Positions 42,464 to 58,107 of a stretch of 64,000 bases of DNA are shown piece by piece (positions within the stretch are counted from its first letter, which is position 1; every line of letters starts with the position of its first letter). Where the stretch lies: the NCBI GenBank assembly GCA_951406725.2, contig OX597814.1, positions 173,662,001-173,726,000 on the forward strand, read 5' to 3'. Made by a program: the position numbers and the translations under genes. The notes under the pieces were generated by a model. The model saw nothing but the letters and a program-made list of their open reading frames with translations. It was not told the DNA's origin and did not search any database. The stretch is from Octopus vulgaris. Taxonomy: Eukaryota.

Positions 42464-42927
42464 GGCATGGAGATATATATATATATACAACCAACCAACC
42501 AAACACGCAGGCACATAAACACATTTTTGTATCTCACACTACCCACCAAGCCCCATTAGTACCAACTATTGATTCAGAACGGCAACTCTTAAGAACAGCA
42601 TTTCCTTGTGACGTTGTTGTTGTTGATGATGATGAGGAGGAGGATGATTATGATGACGACGACGACAATATATATACATCGTTGCTATTACTACGTTAAA
42701 CTGTCGTATGCCCAAGTTTGGCGAAATGCGATTTTTTTTTTCAATATTTATTTTTGCTTGCAATAGCTGGTTCTTTTGATCAAACAATCGTATCTCCAGC
42801 TGCTTCAGATGCCAAAATATCAAAAAAGTGTAGTACAACAGTTTTTCTATGGAATGGTGAAACTATTTTTTTCGTTTTCTAAAAAAAAGTAACGTTTTGG
42901 ACTTACGATACCTTTGCCTTATAGCAA

Positions 42928-42967
<40 letters not shown>

Positions 42968-42969
<2 letters not shown>

Positions 42970-43260
42970 CCTTAATAGCTTCACCTGATACGATTAGCTA
43001 AATTCTTTTTAAGTCAAGTTTTGTGATATCACGGCCCATTCGAGTAGGCAGTTCTCGTTGAGTGACTTGTATCCAGGGAGAGGTGGCTTATCTGGTATTC
43101 CTTGAAGAAATTTGTCCAGATTCCGTTTAAAGGTGATGGGGTCCTTTCCCTCTTTGATCTGTTTTGGAACAATATTAAATAGGACAGGGCCTGTTGAGGA
43201 AAAGAAATTGTGTTGCAGTATATATTTACGTGTTGTGATTCTGATTTGGGTAGAGGACAC
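42968..43260 (-). mobile_element. CR1-group LINE 3' end
   Basis: ORF 43009-43260: FFSSTGPVLFNIVPKQIK...FKRNLDKFLQGIPDKPPLPGY, the typical CR1/L2-group ORF2 C-terminus. Confidence 0.75.
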
Positions 43261-43396
43261 TTGCTACTGCTCAAATGACTCTAACTTAGACTCCGATGTC
43301 TTTACAGGGGATGAGTTCCGCAGAATAAAGAATGGCTATAGGAGGGATCAAGTTGAGATGACATTAAAGCAATTATGCAGATAAACAAATTAGATA

Positions 43397-43927
43397 TCTA
43401 TATATATAAAACTGTAGTTGTGTGAGTGTCTGTCTCCTACGATTTAGATTCCTAACTCCTCCCACATTTTGCGGTGCAGTTTAACCAAATTCGGGTATCT
43501 TACAGTCGTGATTAATATCGAGCCCGTCTGAGTATTAGCGCGCGTCTACGATGAGTCTACGATTTTTAAAATAATTTAACATAATTTTTTATTCCATTTT
43601 AATGCATAATTTTTCGTGTGTCGATGGCGGCGGAGTTGGCGTCCATGGTCACACCTGCACCTGTTTGCTTCTCCCCCTTCTTCCCTCCCTCGTGAAGCTG
43701 TGGGGAAGGGAGTTTAAGGAAATCAACGTCGTAAAGCGTTGTCAAGGAGACCAGCGTTCTTTTAGAACAACGACTTCATGGCTTGAAGACACTGAGTCAA
43801 CGATATAAAAAAAAATTATCATCATTTTTTATTCCATTTTTAATGCATTTTTTTGCTATAACTCTCTAAAAATGCTTATATAGTTATTTCCCTTACAAAC
43901 CCGAGCAACGCCGGGCGATACTGCTAG
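43397..43927 (+). mobile_element. Non-autonomous Helitron (third subfamily)
   Basis: Starts TCTATATATATAAAAC, ends CCCGAGCAACGCCGGGCGATACTGCTAG followed by T. Confidence 0.85.
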
Positions 43928-44326
43928 TATTAAATATAACAGTTTGAGTATGAAATATAAAATATACTTATTTTGTATTTCATACACAAACTCTTATTAC
44001 ATATGTATATATTCTTATGTTATATGTATTGAATTTTAATGTATATATGTATGTTATTATGGTTTTCGTTTTGTTAAATAACTAAGTCAACATTCTAATA
44101 TCCGAAAGCTGATAAACCAACTAAATTGTTTCTCCATTTTCTTATTTGTAATAGAAATTAATGGTAAAATATTTCTTTACCTTCACCCATTTAATACAAT
44201 AAGTAAGTTAATTGCATTGCAATTAAAAACACTTGTGTATTAATCATTTGGGTATTATACCAACAGTATATTGGATAAGTATTATCCCTTAGTGGGTTGG
44301 ATCCACAACCCTTAACTTACTTGGTG

Positions 44327-44368
<42 letters not shown>

Positions 44369-44605
44369 GAGAGGAGAAGTTATGTAATCACCTTCAGTAG
44401 ATTCCAGCTGGGTTTCTCTTTATTTTTTTGCTATATGAAACAGTGTACTCAGAGTTGAATGCTTGTTCAACATCCTACTACTTCCTCGGAGTACGTTCTG
44501 TACTTGTACAATGCTTTATTCTAAAGCATACATACATACATACATACATACATACATACACACACACATATATATATACATGCGTGTATATATATATTAT
44601 ATATA

Positions 44606-44695
<90 letters not shown>

Positions 44696-44707
44696 TATGT
44701 ATACATA

Positions 44708-45096
44708 TCTCTCTCTATATAAACGGCAGTTTGTCTGTGCGTGTTTCTGTGTGTCTGTTTTCTCGTACCCTCACCCTGACCACGGCTTTCAACCGATTCT
44801 GATGAAACTTGACACACACATAGCCCAATGTCATAATTCAAAACTAACGCAGCGAAAATTTTGAAAAGTTCCCCCAGTTCTGAAAAAATATCGATAAATT
44901 CGACATGGGGTCGAGAATAAAAAAAAACAAAAACCACAGACTGTCTAGGGGACGCAACTCAACCTTTTTTACTCTCAAAAAAAATTTACCATCATTTTTT
45001 TTCCATTTTTTTATATATTTTTTGGCTATAACTCTCTAAAAATGCGTTATAGCTATTTCCCTTACAAACCTGAGCAACGCCGGGCGATACTGCTAG
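44708..45096 (+). mobile_element. Non-autonomous Helitron, sister of 9319-9704
   Basis: TC start, hairpin and CTAG end; collinear with the reverse complement of 9319-9704. Confidence 0.88.
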
Positions 45097-45143
45097 TGCA
45101 TATATATATATCTATGTATAAATGTTTATGTTTATATATAGAT

Positions 45144-45186
<43 letters not shown>

Positions 45187-45488
45187 TATATATACATATA
45201 TAATATGTATGTATATGTATATATATCCATATAAATCTCAATGCATTCATAAACATATATATATATTCATAATGTGTAGGAGAGAGAAAGAGAGAGATAG
45301 AAAGAAAGAAAGAAAGAAAAAGAAAGAAAGAAAGAAAAAGTAAAATAGAGAGAGAGAAATACACATACATACACACATGATACATACACCCATCCAACAC
45401 ACACACACGCGCGCGTTCACGTTTCATGAATGAAGTGAGAGTTTCGTGATCTTCTCATTGTTTTTCATTGGTAATACCAACGTCCAGT

Positions 45489-45545
<57 letters not shown>

Positions 45546-46039
45546 CCTTTTTACAATAGGCACAAGGCCTGTAATTTAGGGAAAGGAGTAAGTCGATTAC
45601 ATCGACCCCCCCCCCCGAGCTCAAATGGTACATTTTTATCGATTGCGAAAGAGTCGAAGGGCTAAGAAGCCTTCGATTAGGCTAAATATATTCACTCATA
45701 TAGTCTGAGATAAACTTCATCTGAAAAAGGAGGGTGGTTTCGATTAGAATATCTCCTTTTCCACGTCTGATCAGGGGTTACACATCTCCTTTATATTCCC
45801 CATCATTATAAGCACCATCATAATCACCATAGTAATTACCATAATTATCATTATCGTTACTGTCGTTTAGCTCTAGGTCAGCTTTCATAGGGCACACTTA
45901 TGATCAGTCACTCCACCTTCACACACTATTCAATGAGGCTTTTATTTTTCAAGACAGTAAGGCGTAATTTGAAGGTTTCTGGGCTGCTATTTCTGGCGGA
46001 TCGAGCGACCACTAGTGGCTCTTCATTCGTTCGAAATAT

Positions 46040-46390
46040 CCTTTCCTACTCTAGGCACAAGGCCCGAAATTTGGGGGGAGAGGGCCAGTCGATTACATCG
46101 ACTCCAGTACGCAACTGGTACTTATTTAATCGACCCCGAAAGGATGAAAGGCAAAGTACCTCGGCGGAATTTGAACTCAGAACGTAAAAACAGACGAAAT
46201 ACCTATTTCTTTACTACCCACAAAGGGCTAAACACAGAGAGGGCAAACAAGGACAAACGGATTAAGTCGATTATATCGACCCCAGTGCATAACTGGTACT
46301 TATTTAATCGACCCCGAAAGGATGTAAGACAAAGTCGACCTCGGCGGAATTTGAACTCAGAACGTAGCGGCAGGCTTAATACCGCTACGC
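46040..46390 (-). mobile_element. Dimeric SINE family A, 5'-truncated
   Basis: Junction GACGAAATACCTATTTCTTTAC at ~46194-46214, same junction type as 62563-62960. Confidence 0.85.
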
Positions 46391-46435
46391 ACAAATTCCA
46401 AGCCTTGTGTCTATAGTAGAAAGGATTATAAATAA

Positions 46436-46805
46436 GCATGGCTGGATGGTTAAAGAGGTCGCTTTGCAGCCATGTGGCTTCGAGTTCAGTCCCACTGCCC
46501 GGCACCTTGAACACGTGTCATCTACTATAGCCCCGGACCGAGCAATGCCTTATCAATGAATGAGGTCAACGGAAACCGTGTGGAATCCCGTAGTATATGA
46601 GTGTGTGTGTTTACCCCACTTCATCTTTTAACAAACGGTGTTAGTTTGCTAACGTCCTCGTAATTTAGCAATTTAACATAAGAAACCGATACCAGACCTT
46701 TAAAAAAATAAGTACAGGGATCAATTTATTCGAACAAGATCTTCAGTGTGGTACTCCAGCACAGCCGCAGTACAAGAACAGAAACCAGTAAAAGATAAAA
46801 GATTA
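46436..46805 (+). mobile_element. SINE family C, degenerate
   Basis: GAGTTCAGTCCCACTG head and AGTAAAAGATAAAAG tail. Confidence 0.75.
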
Positions 46806-48092
46806 AAGCTTATTATTCCACCATTGTGTGGCTAAGGTAGACCAGGCTTTCTCTATCTAGTGGCTGTATTGATTTCTAACATAAACACATGGCTACAAAT
46901 TTCGTGGGTGGGTATAGTTGTAGTTAACCTCGTTGTTTACCGTTGTTTCATTTTATCAGCTTCCTCAAGAATAAAAGCCAAAGTCGTCCCGTAACACAGT
47001 AATTTCTTTATTAACCATAAGGTTGAGAAAAAGAGGGGACGATACGAGGATAGACAAAACAAACATTGGGGTTCAGTGTATAGCGTAGCTATGTTGCAGG
47101 TGGGGTACGGGGCGCCCCAGACGATGCTTTAGGGTCTGCTGTATAAATCTGTATAGGCTTGGGGTTCCCGAGGAGTGGACGGAAAGCCCAAGAGCTACCC
47201 AAAAAGGCACGTACTCTAGGTACGTCGCAGTCCTTGCTCGATTTGAACTGAGAAAGTGGAGAGGTGTAACTAAATACCAAATGGCATTAAAAGAGTTAGT
47301 ATGATGGACGATGGTTGAAATAAAAATTTACTAGAAACGGGCTTTTCCTTGTCGAAAAATCTAATAAGCTATTTTTTCATCTGCATACCATTTCTCCCCG
47401 CACCCCAAATGCATACCACCCAACATCACCCCTATCCTGTTGTGTTTCACTCTCCGCATCCTGAACACACAAAACACTTTCCCTCCTAACCTTTCTACTC
47501 CGCCGCCAGAGGAACTACTATCAGTTTTCTCAACGCCCACGTTTTCTATGAAAACATCGATCTAAAGATGTTCAGAATGAACATCGACCGCATCAATATT
47601 GTCGCTACATGGCGGAGAGTGCACAAGAAGTCATAAGCACTGGTCCTCTGATTCCGACTAAATAGTGAAGGAAAGGGTGAATCCTTCAACTGATGTTCTA
47701 CGTTATCGTTCTGACCCAAGTCAAACGGAATGGAATAAATCTATGACCAAAAGCAATCGAGCCATGAACATCTCACAATATTTCCTTTTCTTTTACATCA
47801 TGAATAATAAACAGAGCATTATCCAACGTAATCCCTTTTTCTAAGAAGGCAGGAAGTCGTTTGATGAAAATTTCTATAGTATTTCTATCAAAAACAGAGA
47901 TCATAAAGAAAGTCTCCGGGTAGTTCTTCCGGCTCTTTAGTTTATGCCTAAAAGGTTAGATTTAGGAAAGGACATATGCACAGAGCAGCAAATAGCTGGG
48001 GGTTGGATATTCTTGCAGCCTCACAAAGTAACAGTCCCCCAACATTTATGTTAATTGTAAGAGGGGCAGTTTATATTATATATTTGTACGTG

Positions 48093-48129
<37 letters not shown>

Positions 48130-48184
48130 AATAATAAATCTCTGAACGAGGTATAAACAGTAACTGCACGACAAATATATATAC

Positions 48185-48253
<69 letters not shown>

Positions 48254-48371
48254 TTGTTGCTTATTTTGATTATAATCACCCCATTATGAATTATATGGAT
48301 AATACCATACTAAATTCTGGTGCCTTTAACTTAAGCACCATATTCAACTGAATCTAAATTTTACTGAACTT

Positions 48372-48443
<72 letters not shown>

Positions 48444-48693
48444 TGTGTGTCTGTGTGTCTGTGTGTGTCTCTGTGTAGGAATCTGTTAATGATTTACACT
48501 CCGTTATTTTGTTGCTTCTCTGAGTTTCGCGCCATGTGCTCTCGTTCAGCCAATGATAAATTGGCCCGACAGAGTTTACACACAGCGAAACCTTAAGAAG
48601 CAACGGCTAGGTTCTCAATTGTTAGTAAATATAAACTTTACATAATGTATTGAGTACTTTGTCTTTGTAAACAAAAACAAAACGCACATATAT

Positions 48694-48762
<69 letters not shown>

Positions 48763-48765
48763 ATG

Positions 48766-48827
<62 letters not shown>

Positions 48828-49168
48828 TTAGACGCATGCTTATATACATATGTGCATTAATAGATATATGTTGTCTTTAGGCAAAGTAAATAAATCACTA
48901 TTATCATAGATCCTAACCGAGATTCTAGACATTAACATTATTTTAACAATTACAGTATAGAAGTTCAAAGTTAATTGATATTAATGAGGAAAAATGAGAA
49001 AAATAAATAACATTACAGTAATATAGAGAAATAAAGTATCTGACACCCAGCTTTTTCTATATCATTATCTCCTTCTGTTTTGGTTTATCATTCTTTTTAT
49101 CTCTGTTTACTCCTCACACACGTACACACACACATAAATATGCACGATTTCTCTCTCTCTCTATCCCC

Positions 49169-49213
<45 letters not shown>

Positions 49214-49387
49214 TATATATATGTATATGTATATCTGAATAAATAAATAAATATATTTATATATGTGCGTGTGTGTGTATGTATATGTATATGTAATTAT
49301 ATATATCCTTATGTATGCATATGTGATTATATATATATATATATATCAACATTTATGTGTATGTATAATTATATATATGTATATCTA

Positions 49388-49715
<328 letters not shown>

Positions 49716-50496
49716 AATGTGTGTACGTGTGTAGTCATTAAAAAAAAGCATTATTCCTTATCCCCACTTTTTTTTTTTTTTTTACAAATTACGCCACGAA
49801 AAGAAAAAAGTCGGTTACTTACGAATTTAGGAGGCATATTGAGTTAGTTTTAATAAATATATATTTGGTTTCAGGAAGAAAATATAAAGTCGGAAAGACT
49901 TGTTGCTTGCACTGACTGCTGAGCGCCAACTGACAAAATCTAACCAAGTTTTTAGAGCTCGCTCTCTTTCTCTCTCTCTCTTTCCTTCTCCCTCTCTCTC
50001 ACCCACTTTTTTTTTTCTCTCACTCACTCTCTCGCCCTCTCACTCTCTCAACTTCAGCTTAAAAGTGTAGTAGAGGCGTAAACGAAACTCACTCACTGGG
50101 AACATGCATATATATTCATTCATTCATCCATTTATTTATTTATTTATGCTCCGTTACGTATTGCAGTGGATGGACGGAATACGGTCGCATGCAGGTGGAG
50201 GTCATTCAACTGCTTGATTTATTGATTACCATTTGTCGAACAACTACATTACGGAACAGAATGGGGCAGAATCTATGAGGCGCAGGCCTCACTGTGTGGT
50301 AAGAAGCTTGCTTCCCAACGACGTGAGCTGCTAGACCAGTGAGGCGCCTGGGCAACTGCTCTGCGTGTCCATACCCCAAGAGGGGCCTGCATGCTTGTGT
50401 GTATGTATGTATGTATGTATGTATGCATGTATGCACGTATGTATATATATATGTATGTATGCATGTATGTATGTATATATACATGTATGTATGTAT

Positions 50497-50926
<430 letters not shown>

Positions 50927-50989
50927 AATTTTCAGAATGAAATAAAAATCCAAAGCTTTGAAAGATTTTGGAACATTTATAAATAGAGG

Positions 50990-51037
50990 GTCTTACAGCT
51001 GTTTCCAGGATATTTTATATATACCTTCATCGGAGAC
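50990..51037 (-). ncRNA. Type I hammerhead motif, C4 variant, within an insert at 50924-51367
   Basis: GTCT-CCGATGA-AGG...CCTg-GAAA-CAGCTG-TA-AGAC; palindromic stem III. Confidence 0.65.
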
Positions 51038-51363
51038 GGTGTGAGAAAATGGTTAAACAATAGCTATTTAAGATAAGATATGAAATAGAGAGTGAAGTGG
51101 AGGAATGAAAATAGACGTGAGATATGCAAGGATATTGCATCTGTAGATCCATTATTTAGGCAGAATGGTACACATATAAGATTCCAATACATGTAAGTTC
51201 CAATAGTATTTAAAATTGGTCATTTCAAGTACAGAGTTTGTATACAGTGTTATTGAATCGAGGGTTTTATTTAAAGTGAACCTGGAGCTTAACTATAGTC
51301 TGTCCATACCACTTACTCAGCATTACCTGACACCTTTGGGTCTTATTGACACCATTACCCCTC

Positions 51364-51696
<333 letters not shown>

Positions 51697-52533
51697 ATTG
51701 CACAGCTGCATCCGATAAAATTGCGAACAGGAGAGCGAAGCCCTATCATCTTCTAGCGACAGAACCAGTATAACAATCTTGGTTTCAGGATATTTCAGTC
51801 ACTCCTTAGTACTGGACACCTCGTCTGCTAGAGATGATCGCAGCTCGCTTCTGTTCGCAACATATATATATATTTCAAGCAAACACACATATATACGTTT
51901 ACTGGTATCTGATTCTTGGAAATTCAACCTCATTCTTTTATACTGAGTGCTCATTTGATATCTGCCAGGATTTTAAAATCTCATTTTTTCTCTTTATATA
52001 TATATATATATATATATAATGTTTTTAAAATTTTTTTTTAATTTTTAAAATTTTTTTAATTTTCTCCTGGTTTTTTTAATTTTCTCCTGGTTTACGGAAT
52101 TACTACTATTTTGCGGTTGAAGCCTTGGCTGTTATTTCTAGTGGGTTGAACGGCCTATTATGGCCGTTCCTTAATTTGTTGTTGAATTTATTAATAGTCT
52201 CTGACTATTTCCTTTTTCTCACTAGACCGCTGGTGGCAAAATAATTTCTGCTGAATTTTTTGCTAGCCTATATTGATTAATATATATATATATATATACA
52301 TGTATATACATATATATAAGGCAAGAAAGAAAATGGAGAAGAGATTCAAGTGACAAACATCAGTAAGATTTATTTAATATGATCATAGGAATAAATAAAT
52401 AGATAAATAAATACAACTTATACTCTCTTACAGCTGTTTCATGCATACATACACGCACGCACTTATACATACATACAAACATGCATACATACGTACGTAC
52501 ATACATACATACATACATACATACATACATACA

Positions 52534-52564
<31 letters not shown>

Positions 52565-52842
52565 GAATATATGGATTCGATTCCCACGCGTACCACCAAT
52601 TCCTACTTTTTACCCCGTCGTGTATTTTCTTTAGCCATGCACGGTGAACGCTTATAATCTTAAACCTTATAATTATTATTTTTTACAGAATTTTCACTCG
52701 TTACCGTTTCTTCATATAATGCTGAGCATATATATATATAGTTAATCCAAATATGAAAACGCAAACATAAAACACAACAACTCAAGGACGTGGAACAAGT
52801 ATAGTGTTATTGGGCGCTCAGGAAAGTAATGGAAAATGGAGG

Positions 52843-52877
52843 ATTTACCGTTTCGAGCGGAGCTCTTCGTCAGAAAC
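52843..52877 (-). ncRNA. Minimal hammerhead motif within a (TA)n-adjacent insert (52741-52925)
   Basis: GTTT-CTGACGA-aGAGC tcc GCTC-GAAA-CGG-TA-AAT; core and stem II intact, stems I and III weak. Confidence 0.6.
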
Positions 52878-52925
52878 ATAGGAAAAGGAAAGATCCGAGG
52901 AAGGGAAGACGGAGAAAAATATATA

Positions 52926-52957
<32 letters not shown>

Positions 52958-52959
<2 letters not shown>

Positions 52960-53177
52960 GTGTTCTTAAGCAAGACACTTTAACTTCATGTTGTTCCAGT
53001 TCATTCAGCTGTAGCAATGAGCTGCAACGTCACTAGTACCAAGCTTTGTTGGCCTGTGCCTTTGCCTCGGATAACATCAGTGGCGTACAGAGGGGAGGCT
53101 GGGAGGCATGGGGAACTGCTGGTCTTCAATAAACACCCTTGCCCAGACTTGTACCTCAGAGAACTTTCTAGGTGCAA
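52958..53177 (+). mobile_element. SINE family B fragment (headless)
   Basis: Collinear with the reverse complement of 3340-3590. Confidence 0.8.
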
Positions 53178-53181
53178 TACA

Positions 53182-53217
<36 letters not shown>

Positions 53218-53273
53218 TGTATGTATGCATTATGTACCATTTACAAATGGTTTCACGGACAATAATAATAATA

Positions 53274-54527
53274 GGGGAGCCCGGGTCTAGTTGTTACACG
53301 GGTAAGTTGTTACAAGCCTATTGTTTCCAACTTCAAGAAATAGGTGACACTCTGGTCTCTACCTCGTGAAGGCCAACTCCATAGCTTCATGGCTGCACAT
53401 GGGTATTGCATTGGCGGGCTGTCACCAGGAAAGGTATGGCTCAAAAACTGATTTTTTACTCCAAGAGGGAAATTTTGCCACAAAGTTATTTCCTTAACTA
53501 CTAAAGCACAATTGGTGTTACTGAAGTAGTTTGTGGCTCATTAGGAAGTGTTGGAAGTTGCCTTCGATACGTGAAGGTGTGTCCTGGATGTCATGCATTG
53601 CTAGTGCTGTGTACGAGGTAATCCCCAGAAATCCATGGTCGGGGCTAATTGTTACGGTGTAACAACTTACCCCTTCTATTTCAGTTTAACACGCCATGCC
53701 TAGAGATTACAAAAGGAAGACTATAAGGGGGATATTCCTTCTGATGTCATGGAAAGAGCCGCCAGAAAAGTTGCGGATGAAAAGAAATCATTACGGGATG
53801 TTGCCGTAAAACAGCGCATAGTTGATGAAATAAACGAACGGAAATCCAAACCAAAGAAGGCAATTGGTACAGAAAAGGCAACAAAGGGGAAGGGGAAGTC
53901 AACTACAACAGGTAAAGGCAAAGGGAAGAAGCCTCGCAGCAAGCAAGTCGCTGATTGGAAATGCCTTGTCTGCTCAGATTGGAATTCCAACTCCCTTCCA
54001 GGTGAAGAATGGGGGCAATGCATGATCTGTAAAGACTGGGCACACACTGACTGTACTGATGGACGACAGGACTTTCTGTGTGATCTGTGTGGTGAGAAGT
54101 TAATGGAAGATGATTCCGACTAGATGGTACATGTAACAATGGGGAAATTGGCTGATGAGAACTCTCAGTATCACAGTTAGGATATGAGGTGGTTCAAAGC
54201 ACAGTTAATTAATTAAAATAATACTTCCTAGATGCAAGAAGCAGGAGACGTATTCATTTTAAACTTGTTTGTTAACATAATTCCGAGTTATCGACAGTTG
54301 TAACAAAGTACCCCCATTAAGTGTCACAACGTACCCCGCACTCGGGGAAAATTGCTACAGCTGACACCACAACATTAATAAAAACCTGTCTAATTAATGT
54401 TATGTAATTTCTGTCTTTTGCTGGTGAGAACAATAAATAGAAATGATGTACTAATTAAAAGAAACTTCAGCTGGGTGCCACGGCAAAATAAAATGAAAAA
54501 AATGTAACAACTAAACGCGGTCTCCCC
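53274..54527 (+). mobile_element. Internally deleted pogo-type (Tc1/mariner superfamily) DNA transposon
   Basis: TIRs GGGGAGCCCGGGTCTAGTTGTTACA / TGTAACAACTAAACGCGGTCTCCCC, TA on both sides, subterminal GTAACAA.NTACCCC repeats. Confidence 0.9.
53696..54123 (+). pseudogene. Transposase remnant: N-terminal psq-type HTH start fused to Lys-rich linker and PHD finger; DDE domain absent
   Basis: MPRDYKRKT (frameshift) DIPSDVMERAARKVADEKKSLRDVA...; C4HC3 pattern CLVC..EEWGQCMICKDWAHTDC..FLCDLC in ORF 53749-54123. Confidence 0.82.
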
Positions 54528-55029
54528 TAGTCAATATATTCAGTATATTTGGTAGAAAGAATATACATTTTTTTAATAATATAGCAGATAAATATTATTA
54601 CAGCTCTACGACCTTTTGTTTCGTGTTAAATAGAGCATTTAGCCGAGGGATGCGATTCGAATGGTATTTTTTATTTAAGTGTTCTTTATCTCTAGTAGCT
54701 CTATCATATCGCAATGCAAGATAATCTATACACATCATAACAAAATACACCACATCCGTACACGTGAGTATGCCGGCAGGGTGGGTGTGTATATAAGCAC
54801 TTGTGTACGAATATGTGCGCATCTGCGTACACTTGTACGTGTGCATATGAACTTGCTACTCGACATCCCGCTCTACCGAGAGAAGGTTGAAAAGCAAAGT
54901 CAACAAAAGCGAGATATGTATTCAGAAGAATATATAAATTAGAGCACTTTTCGGTTCGGTGGGGTATTTTATTTGGCACCCTTTCGATTCTGCCAATCGA
55001 CCGCCACTCCACAGCCATAGATAATAATG

Positions 55030-56248
55030 ATGTCTTTATTAACCTCAAGGGCTTACATTAAGAAAAACATTATGGACAGTACAGGATCAAACAAAGAATG
55101 TGTGTGTGTATGTGTGTGAGTGTGTATCGTTGTGAGGGTTTTGCAAGTAAACAAGACTAACAAAAATTATTTAAAAAAAGGAAAGAGAGAAATCAACAAT
55201 CTGTAATCCTCAATAGGGAGGAGACGTTTGAGGGCTGCTCATGGAAAAACCCCAGAAAAAAACATGAGTACCCTGACTTTTGGGGCACGTGCCTTTTTTC
55301 CTCTCCTTTTTTCCATCTACAGGCGTATGCTTGGAGCAGGCCTGTTCACTTGCACCATTCTCACCACTTTTATCCACCTTTCAGCAAACTGGCTATATGA
55401 CAACACTTCCCTCTCTACTCTTATTTTCCTTTTCAAGTGTTACTTGAAGACGTTCTTCAGGGATTGGCCAAAGAGAAAAGTGTTCGTCTTCAGCCCCTTC
55501 AATCTCGTCCGCCATACAACCTCTTTCGCTATGGCCACCAGACATATAAAAACAACGTTTCCTTCCCGGTTAAAGGAAGGCGGCGGGGCGATCTTCACGA
55601 TGGATTCAGTTGGCAGCCGGATCCATCCCACACGCGACAGCAAGTGTTCGACATAAATCCACAGGTCAGCAATGCTCAGACACTAGATGAGTACATGCAG
55701 GGAGCATCTCGTCGTCCAGTGCTCATCTCGGACATGTTCAGCTGACGGCACTTTTGTGCCTGTAAAGTTTATCTCGAACAGGCAAAGCTCCCCGGTAGCA
55801 CTACCTGGCCAGAGATTTCTGGAAATTATCCATCGGTCCTGGCCCGAAAGTTCTCCTGAAAAGAGCAACCAGCTGATCTTCTTCGATGCCCAAGATCTCC
55901 CCAAGAACGTCGTCGCATTTTTCCTCTACTAATCCTCTATAAAAAGCTAAAGTGGACGTTTCACCTTTGCACTGTCCGATTGACTGAGGGTTGTGAGCGC
56001 TTGAAGACATTCCACTTACTAAATGCCCCCCTCGGTCTCTGTTTTACCCAAGACTGCAGCTTCATTAAAGAAACTAGTTGCGGAAATACGCGTCTGGCAA
56101 ACGGCGACCACACTTGTTCACCGTCAAGGAAGCACTGGAGATGTGGTAACCTCGGCGCATATCAGTGCATTATCAACCACGGCATGCCCAAGCCACCACG
56201 CAGCGGGTACTGACAGCAGCTAGATCGCCTGACCATCGGGACGCGTTA
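55030..56248 (-). mobile_element. Tx1/L1-like LINE 3' fragment
   Basis: PLRGGLGMP motif, GALPVRDKL..TCPR..LHVLI.C (CCHC), AKEVVWRTR, F..RW; stops and frameshifts; 3' UTR ends AATAAAGAC. Confidence 0.82.
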
Positions 56249-57624
56249 GAAAGTAATACAGGAACATTAATCTGAAAACAGAGCTATCAATGAATTAAGG
56301 AATAAACTAACAAGACTAGACATGAAGATAAAAATGAAAAATAATGAAAGTGTTTGCATATGTAGATTACGCCACCAACTGGTGCAAAAGTTAGACGCAC
56401 TACCCCTCAATACATCCAACTTCCGTAGCAGAAGCTCAGTAGCTAAGTCTTATGTCAAATTACCGAAATATAGTACCATTGCAAGACTGCACGCATCTCA
56501 TTGAAACCAGACTCTACATGGCCATTAAGATTTGTCAGTGACGTTATAATAATCATAATTTTGTTGCCATACTGTACTTCTGGTATTCTGGTATTTGTGT
56601 AACTTTGTGTTTTAGTTCATATACCTTAGGACTTAGTACTGAAATTGCCAGAAGCCAGTCGCTTTGCTAGCACATGGGCTGCGATGTTTTCCGAATAAAA
56701 TCTCTCCCCTATAATCCAATATAGTTTGTTGCTATATACAAAAATTAGATTCTTCTAGAATTGTTCTATTTAACCCTACCCATCATTATATTTAAAATAA
56801 TAGGTTGTTATTGAACATGACCTCACTTTGTGCCAAACTGATCCGGTTTAGTATCCGGTAGTTTGTCGCAGGACGAAATGTTAGTGGTTTCTGGTAACGG
56901 TAGTGCTTAGAAGGCGTTTCCAAAATAGAATGATATTCCAGATCTGAAGTAATTTGTCACTCAATTTTGATCCCAGAAAAACTATACATGAAAGCTATTT
57001 CAACCGCCATAACATCACCCTGGATTTTTGTTGCTTGTTTTGCTTGTACATTTTGTTGTATGCATTCTGTTTATTTGCTTTTGCTGTTGCAGTTGTTGCA
57101 TTTGTCGTTGATGTCTTTATATTTGTAATTATTTTTACCCTTATTTTGATTCCACTTGTTTTGCTTTTATTAGGAGTGGACAGAGAGCCTTAATACATCT
57201 GTTTTCTACTGACATTGGACTTTCCTTTAGCATATATAAAAAAACAGCTGAACATGACCTCAGAGCACTCTAGTGTCATCAACACCTGATATTATTAGGT
57301 CAGATAAAATCCACTCTCCGAGATCTTCATATTTACAGCATTTACCGATGCCCTTTTATAGAATGTCATGTGATTCCCAGTTGACATCGAATGAAGTCCT
57401 TTTTCTTTAATACTGGTGACTCTTCTACTACTAAAGTAAATTCTGGGATACATTTGATTTAGAGAGAGGCTATATGTGGTCACAAGATCTATTGAAATAA
57501 CTGCCAAATCTCTCTCACTTCACGCTCTACTCTCTTTAAAAAGGGACATACACACACAAGATGTAGTTTTGCATCCATTATAATATAAACAAATACAAGA
57601 TGTGTACATTTCGAATACTATTTT

Positions 57625-57838
57625 AATTTCTTTATCACCCACAGGGGGCTAAACATAGAGGGGACAAACAAGGGATTAAGTCGATCACATCTACTCCAGT
57701 GTGTAACTGGTACTTATTTAAACGACCCCGAAAGGGTGAAAGGCAAAGTCGACCTCGGCGGAATTTGAACTAGCGGCAGACGAAATACTGCTAAGCACTT
57801 CGCCCGGCGTGCTAACATTTCTGCCAGCTCACCGCCTT
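57625..57838 (-). mobile_element. SINE family A
   Basis: Full head; 13-bp TSD TTCGAATACTATT (57610-57622, 57837-57849). Confidence 0.9.
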
Positions 57839-58107
57839 CGAATACTATTGATCATAGGTCTGCTCAATCAGGATTGAACAAGAATGTCTTTCCTCATGTA
57901 CCGAATCGAAATTCTGTGTTTTCTCGCGAATTCCTCAACTTTATAAAATGAACATCTATCTTACGTAATTGGTACATTTCGTGTGCACTAAACTGAGTTT
58001 TGGATAGTAATAAAACATTTTTCTTTCAGTTGGATAAGATCATTGGAAGAAGAAATCGTCAAAGAACATTGTAGACTACTCCCGTTGGGAATTTGAACTG
58101 CACTTCA

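Noticed and set aside
44797-44812. CTGATGA as a hammerhead core (also 30518 and 54152)
   Set aside because: No stem II, GAAA or closing stems in the required arrangement.
47000-47280. Second Tx1-like LINE 3' end
   Set aside because: Only a tail resemblance; no coding motif found.
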